This document shows, piece after piece, positions 46,725 through 64,000 of a stretch of 64,000 nucleotides of DNA. This stretch comes from the human T2T-CHM13v2.0 reference genome, Homo sapiens: NCBI RefSeq assembly GCF_009914755.1, contig NC_060947.1; one strand, 5' to 3'. The position numbers were made by a program, and so were the translations under genes. The notes under the pieces were generated by a model that searched no databases, was not told the DNA's origin, and worked only from the letters and a program-made list of their open reading frames with translations. Numbering within the stretch: position 1 is the stretch's first letter; the number at the start of each line of letters is the position of its first letter.

Positions 46725-47252
46725 TCACTTGCTTCTTATCCTTACACTCCCCCAGCCCCAGAGAAACTGCCACATACACCACAAAAACCAAACATCCCCC
46801 AATGACCTTAGCCCCATTGCTCCATTCACTCCCAGGTGAGAATTCAGGCAAACGTCCACAAAGGTCACAGGCAGCGTACATACGGTTCTGTTATACCCCA
46901 TATATTACCCCTTCATGTCCTAAAGAAGACATTTTCTCTTAGAGATTTTCATTTTAGTGTATCTTTAAAAAAAAATCTTGTGTTAACTTGCCTCCATCTT
47001 TTTCTTGGGTGAGGACACCCAGGAATGACCCTTTTGTGTCTATGATGTTGCTGTTCACAGCTTTTCTTGATAGGCCTAGTACAATCTTGGGAACAGGGTT
47101 ACTGTATACTGAAGGTCTGACAGTAGCTCTTAGACTCGCCTATCTTAGGTAGTCATGCTGTGCATTTTTTTTTTCATTGGTGTACTGTGTTTGATTTGTC
47201 TCATATATTTGGAGTTTTTCTGAAAAATGGAGCAGTAATGCAGCATCAACCT

Positions 47253-47258
47253 ATTAAA
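47253..47258 (+). terminator. NONO: NONO polyadenylation signal ATTAAA
   Basis: ATTAAA followed by a T/GT-rich downstream element (47273-47295). Confidence 0.8.
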
Positions 47259-47579
47259 ATACATTTTAAGCCTTTTAATTTTCTGTGGTGTTTTTGAAGG
47301 GGAAAGGAGGGAGGGGAGTTATCTTAGGAGATGAGCAGTAGACTCTATAAAGGTAATCCTTTATGACCTTTGGATTACAGTATTGATCTAGACAAACATG
47401 GGGAGGAGGTGGGGATGAGGTGCATCAAATGGCTGGAGGGGTTGGCAAGGATTAGCGCTATTGATACTACATGGAAGTAATGATGGAGGAAAGCTGCCCC
47501 TCTGAAAGAGGAAGAAAATGGGCTTAATCCTCATCGAGCTGGGGGCGCGGGGGGGGTCTCAAAATTGGTATTTGTTTCT

Positions 47580-47880
47580 TAGCAGCTGCTGCTGTGTCCA
47601 AGGCTTGGAATTGCTGTGGTGAATCTAAAACTGTCTCAGTAGTGGTGAGCTGACCTCACCCAAGTTCAAAGCCCTACTCTGCCTGATCCTTTTTTCCTGA
47701 GCCTCAGAGCTAAAATGCCCCCGAGCTCTTTCCTATTGGCTGGAAAGACGAATTGAAGTTCCCTTGCCCATGTTAGGAGGTGTACGCCTCCTGAACTAAA
47801 GATAGAAACAGCTGGCCCTTCCAGGCAGCTAAAAGCCTCCAGACTAAGAGGTGTTCCCCATTCGGCAGCCAGACTCCTTG
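47580..47880 (+). promoter_or_regulatory. ITGB1BP2: ITGB1BP2 proximal promoter with muscle-type motifs
   Basis: E-boxes CAGCTG (47583, 47809), MEF2-like CTAAAGATAG (47796-47805), reverse CCAAT ~47735. Confidence 0.55.
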
Positions 47881-47916
47881 AAATACCCTTTCAGTAATCA
47901 TTCAACCAACGCTTCC

Positions 47917-47980
47917 ATGTCTCTACTCTGTCGTAACAAAGGCTGTGGGCAGCACTTTGACCCTAATACCAACCTTCCTG
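47917..47980 (+). CDS. ITGB1BP2: ITGB1BP2 (melusin) exon 1, CHORD I
   Basis: MSLLCRNKGCGQHFDPNTNLP; 11 exons sum to 1044 nt = 347 aa + stop. Confidence 0.96.
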
Positions 47981-48246
47981 GTGAGTAAAGAATCCTGACC
48001 TGGCCAGGGGCTCTGTGTGGGTGTTGGGGACTGGTCAGCTGGGGGGCAGTGTGTTTGAGGAGCGGGGAAAGAAACTACCTGCCCTAGTTTAATTGGTCTG
48101 AGTGATCTTACAGCCTTTGCTGGCTTTTTTTTTTTTCTTCACATTATATGGGAAGAAACCATAAATAGAAACCCGGGGAAGAGGTGAAAAATGATACTTG
48201 GTATAGTTATCTTCCCTTCCTTGATAACTTCTACTGATGTCCACAG

Positions 48247-48296
48247 ATTCCTGTTGCCATCACCCTGGGGTCCCAATCTTCCATGATGCACTTAAG
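48247..48296 (+). CDS. ITGB1BP2: ITGB1BP2 exon 2
   Basis: SCCHHPGVPIFHDALK. Confidence 0.96.
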
Positions 48297-48386
48297 GTGA
48301 GGAGTAGGTGAGGGGGGTTAGCAAGAGCATTTCCCAGAAGAGATAATACCCAGGAAGCTAAGCTGATCTGGGTCTCTTGTTATCAG

Positions 48387-48443
48387 GGTTGGTCCTGCTG
48401 CCGAAAGCGAACTGTAGATTTCTCTGAGTTCTTAAACATCAAG
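48387..48443 (+). CDS. ITGB1BP2: ITGB1BP2 exon 3
   Basis: GWSCCRKRTVDFSEFLNIK. Confidence 0.96.
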
Positions 48444-48520
48444 GTAAATTATTTATGTACTTGGATTCTGCCCCCAATAGAAGGATTCTATCCCTAATCC
48501 TATCTCCTTATCTATACTAG

Positions 48521-48666
48521 GGCTGTACTATGGGACCACACTGTGCTGAGAAGCTTCCTGAGGCCCCTCAACCTGAAGGCCCTGCTACAAGCAGTTCACT
48601 TCAGGAGCAAAAACCTCTGAATGTGATTCCAAAGTCAGCAGAGACCTTGCGCCGGGAGAGGCCCAA
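48521..48666 (+). CDS. ITGB1BP2: ITGB1BP2 exon 4
   Basis: GCTMGPHCAEKLPEAPQPEGP...LRRERP. Confidence 0.96.
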
Positions 48667-49371
48667 GTAAAGAGGAGGAGGCCCCTGGACTTTTCTTATT
48701 TTCATGTAGCTTCCTAGGAGTGATTAATGGGTCATTGAGGACTGGGAACTAGGGACCAGGGATGTGAGGAGGGCCAGATGTCAGGGTTTGGATGGTGTAT
48801 ATCCTGTGCCTTAGGGGAAATTTGTGTCTGGAAATAACGCCCTTTCCTCTAAGGTGGTGTGGGATGATGGGATAGATACCTGAATCAACAGAGTAGATAG
48901 CCCCTCACAAATACATCCTTAGTGTATAACACAAAAGGGATTGTTGAGAATGACTTCTCTTTCTAGAAAAGAACTTTAAGATAAATCTCATATCAAGAAA
49001 AGGATGTATTGTATTATTGGCAGCCAGGAGACTTCCCAAATTTTGTGGGAATAATAAGAGCAACAGAAGGAAGTCATATTAGGTCCACGATTAGATAAAG
49101 AGGAAGAGGATATGACTCAGTTCTGCAGAGAAAAGTGGTTAGGTTTAGAGCAACTGAGTAGATGGGTAAGAGAAGTGCTGGGGATTTCTCTAGGGTTCAG
49201 GTATTTGGGATGTCCACAGAGATGAAAATTGGCAATGGGGTTGCTACCCAACCTCTCCAACTCTGCCTCACTTTCACCAGGCTTCTTTAATTCCATTACC
49301 ATCGGTGGGAGTGTTGGAGCTAGCAATCATAGCTAATGGGTCAGAACTAAATCACCACCCTTAACCCCTAG

Positions 49372-49466
49372 GTCAGAGTTGCCTCTGAAGCTGCTGCCGC
49401 TAAATATATCCCAAGCCCTGGAAATGGCATTGGAACAGAAGGAATTAGACCAGGAACCTGGGGCAG
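49372..49466 (+). CDS. ITGB1BP2: ITGB1BP2 exon 5
   Basis: SELPLKLLPLNISQALEMALEQKELDQEPGA. Confidence 0.95.
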
Positions 49467-49570
49467 GTAGGTGGGTCTTTAGTAGGATCAACTTCATAGA
49501 CTGGAATTTAGTGGAAGTGGCAATTGAGTGGGGGGATGGATAAGTTCCTGACTCTGTTTCCCTTGCCCAG

Positions 49571-49626
49571 GACTTGACAGTCTGATCCGGACTGGTTCCA
49601 GCTGCCAGAACCCAGGATGTGATGCT
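49571..49626 (+). CDS. ITGB1BP2: ITGB1BP2 exon 6 (CHORD II start)
   Basis: LDSLIRTGSSCQNPGCDA. Confidence 0.95.
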
Positions 49627-49736
49627 GTGAGTGAGAGTTTTGAGGGGCTCAAGCATATGGCTGAGGGATGACTGGGTATAGATAGGCTGAGTAGGATATA
49701 CCTTAGAATGACCTGGTTCTACTTTATCCTTCTTAG

Positions 49737-49807
49737 GTTTACCAAGGCCCTGAGAGTGATGCTACTCCATGTACCTACCACCCAGGAGCACCCCGATTCC
49801 ATGAGGG
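49737..49807 (+). CDS. ITGB1BP2: ITGB1BP2 exon 7
   Basis: VYQGPESDATPCTYHPGAPRFHE. Confidence 0.95.
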
Positions 49808-49921
49808 GTGAGGGAGGGGACTGGGTGGGCTATGAGGCTATGAGACAGGTTTCTCCTAATATTTGGTCATAAGATAATATTGGGGGTGAGAGAATTCAGT
49901 TGAATTATCTTCCTACTTCAG

Positions 49922-50021
49922 GATGAAGTCTTGGAGCTGTTGTGGCATCCAGACCCTGGATTTTGGGGCATTCTTGGCACAACCAGGGTGCAGAGTCGGT
50001 AGACATGACTGGGGGAAGCAG
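49922..50021 (+). CDS. ITGB1BP2: ITGB1BP2 exon 8
   Basis: [33 protein letters not shown]. Confidence 0.96.
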
Positions 50022-50296
50022 GTAAGCCCCAGCTTTCCTGAACTCTTGATTAGAACCCAATCTCAGAGGTAAATTCTCCTCCCTCTCTGTACCACATAGC
50101 CAAGCTCCCTGTCTTCTCCCTTTAGTATAGACCAAATAAGATTCTGCTCCTTATCCCTCAACAGCCCAGAGGTTTTGCAATATGAGGTTGTGTTAATCTT
50201 TTTGAGACTCTCTGTCTCTTCTCCACGTGCATCATGAGAACTCCCCTTCAGTTAAGAATTTATTCTTACCACCTGCATTTCACATCTTCTCTTTAG

Positions 50297-50410
50297 CTCC
50301 CAGCATCTTGCCGCCATGATTGGCACCAGACAGATTCCTTAGTAGTGGTGACTGTATATGGCCAGATTCCACTTCCTGCGTTTAACTGGGTGAAGGCCAG
50401 TCAAACTGAG
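50297..50410 (+). CDS. ITGB1BP2: ITGB1BP2 exon 9 (CS domain)
   Basis: LPASCRHDWHQTDSLVVVTVYGQIPLPAFNWVKASQTE. Confidence 0.96.
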
Positions 50411-50651
50411 GTGAGCAATGATCTGATGTTGGATGGGAGGATAGTCAATTGGGTGATACTACAATCTCACAGGCAGAGTTGCCATTTGCTGTTAACCTGT
50501 AGGCTCCATAGTACCCTTAGAGGAAAGGAGAGTTATTAGGTCAGGGCTGTCTGGCCAACCTGTGGATCATACCTCTGACCTGGTTATCTGTCGTAATGAC
50601 CTATTCTGACCTTCTGGGTTTGTTACTACCCCTGTAATTCTTTTCTCTCAG

Positions 50652-50714
50652 CTTCATGTCCACATTGTCTTTGATGGTAACCGTGTGTTCCAAGCACAGA
50701 TGAAGCTCTGGGGG
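50652..50714 (+). CDS. ITGB1BP2: ITGB1BP2 exon 10
   Basis: LHVHIVFDGNRVFQAQMKLWG. Confidence 0.95.
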
Positions 50715-51074
50715 GTAAGTGAAGACCAGGGGACACAAGAGTGGGAGGCAGATGGGTGAAAGAGCGGCTAGACTGGAATAGAGGGTGTCTTGAGGGAAGG
50801 AGTTGTACTAGGAAAATGGAGGTTTTCTCTTCATTTGCTTTCATTTTCTCTCTCTCTCCTACTCTTCCTATTTCCCTCTTTCCCTCCCCTCTTCCTTCTC
50901 CCTTTTCATCTCTCATTTCTTTCCTCTCTCTCCCTTATTGTCTTATTCCTCCCTTACCTTTTTTCTTACCTTATTAAAAATTTCTCTCTCTCATTTGTCA
51001 CCACTCCACCCTGACCCCAATGCCTTTGATTTCCTCATTCTCTCTTTCTTCTGTTTTCCTTTGCTCCTCCTCAG

Positions 51075-51302
51075 GTCATAAACGTGGAGCAGAGCTCTGT
51101 CTTCTTGATGCCATCTCGGGTTGAAATCTCCCTGGTCAAGGCTGACCCAGGATCCTGGGCCCAGCTGGAGCACCCTGATGCACTAGCTAAGAAGGCTAGG
51201 GCAGGGGTTGTGTTAGAGATGGATGAGGAAGAATCTGACGATTCAGATGATGATCTGAGCTGGACAGAGGAGGAGGAAGAGGAGGAAGCAATGGGGGAAT
51301 AG
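51075..51302 (+). CDS. ITGB1BP2: ITGB1BP2 exon 11 (CS end, acidic tail)
   Basis: VINVEQSSVFLMPSRVEISLVKADPGSW...DEEESDDSDDDLSWTEEEEEEEAMGE*. Confidence 0.97.
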   Translation, partial: VINVEQSSVFLMPSRVEISLVKADPGSWAQLEHPDALAKKARAGVVLEMDEEESDDSDDDLSWTEEEEEEEAMGE

Positions 51303-51455
51303 TGACACCAGACAGTTGATGTCTAGATAGGACCTCAATGATTCCCTTAGAATCTTAGATACCAGGATATTGTTGGCCATGTGGCATCATTGAGCAGCAG
51401 GAGGCTGAAGGAGGGGAGAACAAAATTGTCCAAACCATGCTGTTTTTTTCCCTTA

Positions 51456-51461
51456 AATAAA
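51456..51461 (+). terminator. ITGB1BP2: ITGB1BP2 polyadenylation signal AATAAA
   Basis: AATAAA ~155 nt after the stop codon. Confidence 0.8.
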
Positions 51462-52098
51462 TCTTGTATTCTTCAGTTTCACATAGTGTCATTCTCTCAC
51501 CTCACTATCTAAGATTGTATTTATTACCCCCAACTGTGTGTTCAACACACATTGTGAAAACAAGCACATGCACATTCAATCTATTCCTCATAAACACCAG
51601 GTATTTACTGAGTACTCCCTATGTGCCCAGTTATGTGTTAGGTGGTTTAGAAATATCTGAGAAACAGAAGACTTACTCATTTCTCTCAACAAAGTAACAA
51701 CCTGGCTGACAAGTCAAGACCAATCTACATGAAATAATAATAAACATTATCAGGTAGTTTAACTGAGTGCCAAATTGTGCAGTACAGTTTTTAAGAGCTG
51801 TAGTTGAAAGAATGGAAAAGTTAATGTGGACAGTAGCAAAAGGGAAGACTCCGTGGTGGAAGAAGTCCTTTTTTTTTTTTTTTTTTTTAGACGGAGTCTT
51901 GCTTTGTCGCCCAGGCTGGAGTGCAGTGGTGCGATCTCGGCTCACTGCATCCTCTGCCTCCTGGGTTCAAGCGATTCTCCTGCCGAGTAGCTAAAACTAC
52001 AGGCGCTTGCCACCATGCCCAGCTAATTTGAAATACAGTTTATTTTTTTCTTTGGTTGCTTATGCTTTTGATGTCATATCTAAGAAACCATTACCTAA

Positions 52099-52263
<165 letters not shown>

Positions 52264-52642
52264 TGAGTAGGTGGGACTACAGGCGCCCGCCACCTCGCCT
52301 GGCTAATTTTTTGTATTTTTAGTAGAGACGGGTTTCAGCGTGTTAACCAGGATGGTCTTGATCTCCTGACCTCGTGATCTGCCCGTCTTGGCCTCCCAAA
52401 GTGTTGGGATTACAGGTGTGAGCCACCACGCCCGGCCCCTATGTTTTCTTCTAAGAGTTATACAGGGCTGGGCGCGGTGGCTCACGCCTGTAATCCCTGC
52501 ACTTTAGGAGGCTGAGGCACATGGATCACCTGAGGTAGGGAGTTCGAGACCAGCCTGGCCAACATGATGAAACCCCGTCTCTACTAAAAATACAAAAAAT
52601 TAGTTGAGTGTTGTGGCACATGCCTGTAATCCCAGCTACTCA

Positions 52643-52783
<141 letters not shown>

Positions 52784-52979
52784 TTACATTTAGGTCATTG
52801 ATTCATTTTCAATTAATTTTTGTATGTGATGTGAAGTAGGGGTCCAACCTTATGCTATTGCATGTGGATGTCCAGTTGTCTCAGTACCATTTGTTGAAAA
52901 GACTATTCTTTTTCCCATTGAACTGTCTTGGTTCCCTAGTTGAAAATTAACTAACCATAAATGTGAAGGTTAAGAAGTC

Positions 52980-54677
<1,698 letters not shown>

Positions 54678-55084
54678 TACATTTGAATGGAAATCTGAAT
54701 AATGAGAAATTAATTTTGATGGGTATGAAAGATTAGGGAGAGTGATACTAGGGCAAAAGTTGTTTTAATTTATTTATTGTGTTTCATTTTAAATTCCAAA
54801 TGTAGTACATTATCACTGTAAAAAAATTAAATGCAGAAGTATGTAGAGTAAAAAGTAAATGCTTCTCTTCAGAGTCTCTCCAAGCTTAGTCCTCTTTCTA
54901 TTTGTAAGCAGTGGTAACATGTCAGAGGTTATGTTGAAGAAAGAAGATGAAAAAGTTAAATGGAGTGTGGCTAGATTAACAGGAACCTAAAATTCTAGGT
55001 CAAGGATTTTGAAAATGATTTAAAAAGAGAGTTAAAAGGGCATTATAGGCCTTTAAATAAAAAAAAAAAGAATGTAGATTCTCT

Positions 55085-60917
<5,833 letters not shown>

Positions 60918-60944
60918 TTAACATGATAGTATTCTTATTTTTAT

Positions 60945-62077
<1,133 letters not shown>

Positions 62078-62579
62078 TTGGCATCACGAGTCCTGGGACT
62101 CATTTTTACACTCCTCCTTTTCTTCCTGGCCATTCAGTGATTCAGTTCCTTAGGACTCAGTCCTAGGATTGCACTCTTCTCATATAACTCTTCCAGACAC
62201 CCTCAGTTATGTACATGACTTCAAATATCACCCCCATGCAGATGACTCACATTTTAATCTCTAGGCCATATCATTCCACTGAGGCTCAAATCCAGTAAGC
62301 ATGTGTTTGCTATTATTATTACTGCTGCTACTATTCTTTTTCTTCACTGGAAGTTTTTTACCTCAGCATGTTAGGAAAGTTAGATGATTTTTTTATGGAA
62401 GGGGTGCGGACACATCTCCAATATCCAATTTTATAATGTTTCATTAAGAAAATAGGATTTTCGTGACAGGTTTTACACCTCTATAAAGTGATAGCATATT
62501 TACCACACAATTGCATCAGCTTCAGGATTAAGGGAGACTGTATTCACCTGATGAGGGAGTACAGTATTTTGTATAGAAT

Positions 62580-62725
62580 GCCACTGTGCTAGGCACTTCT
62601 ACCCACATTATTTTATTTAATCCTCACACTTGCTCTGTGAGGTAGGTATTATTATCACAACTTCTTATAGATGAGGAAACTAGGGAACAAAATAGAAAAT
62701 AGCTTGCCTGGGATCATACAGCTAC
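62580..62725 (-). mobile_element. MIR fragment
   Basis: TTTAATCCTCAC ... GAGGTAGGTATTATTATC ... AGATGAGGAAACT. Confidence 0.7.
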
Positions 62726-63473
62726 TGAAGAGCTGTCCTAGAGTCATTTGAAAACATCTACAACCTAAAAACCTAAAAGGGATCTTGGAAGAGGATCTTG
62801 ATATGATGACCCTCTAGCCTAGCAGAGTCCCTTTGACAAGACTAACTGGGGAACAGGGAGGCTCTTGGTTGATCAGTGATATCTTACATTGATGTAAGGC
62901 TTTTCCAAATAACTTTTACATCTCTGATCACCTGCTCTCTAACCTCACTGAGATGCCTAGGTACTCTACCTCTCAATTCATCCAGATGAAGTAATTATCT
63001 CCCAGTTATAGTAGTTTTCTCTCCTACACTCCATGAACTGCCACTCCAATGTTACTGTCTCTGAGACCTCTGCCTCCATTATCCTCTTTCTTCCTTTCTG
63101 CTCCCAAAGTCCCAGAAACTGCTAGAGGGAGAACGAAGTAGACAAATATAAATTCATGCTGTCCAATTTCAACTTGGCCCTTGCAGCTGCTCAGCAACCC
63201 TTTTATTTGTCTCATACATTCCCTGGCACTCTCCCACAGAGGCTGTTCCAGACCTTCCTCTTCTTAAATTCCAACTCCTCCTGTTCCACTCCTTCAGACT
63301 AATCTGTGCACTTTCATCAGATGCTTGAGAATTCAATAACATTGTTTTAAAACTTTTTAATAAAGAATTTATAACATGTATAAAAGTAGACAGACTAGTA
63401 TAATGAAAGTATTTCAGTATATATCTCTAAAAAGTAAGAATTATTTTTTAAAAAATCATATTAGCACACATAA

Positions 63474-63955
<482 letters not shown>

Positions 63956-64000
63956 TAGACAGAGTTTCGCTCTTGTCTCCCAGACTGGAGTGCAGTGGCA

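Overview
Primate (human-like) genomic DNA recognisable as the Xq13.1 ZMYM3-NONO-ITGB1BP2 interval. It contains the GC-rich 5' end of a minus-strand gene with a (TC)29 repeat, assigned to ZMYM3 from locus context. A two-LTR HERV-H-family provirus spans 10478-18929. It carries a tRNA-Phe primer site, sits inside an Alu, and is itself interrupted by two Alus and an SVA2-like VNTR retroposon. The complete NONO gene (10 coding exons, 1416 nt, 471 aa) is followed closely by the complete ITGB1BP2/melusin gene (11 coding exons, 1044 nt, 347 aa). A disabled ZCRB1 processed pseudogene lies on the minus strand near 61-62 kb, and the rest is very dense Alu plus older L1/L2/MIR/MLT1/MER/Tigger repeats. Almost all other ORFs in the track are Alu or microsatellite translations. 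I found no clearly new coding system. The most unusual signals are the nested retroelement stack, small Alu-anchored duplications, serial reuse of insertion sites, and several splice-signal features.
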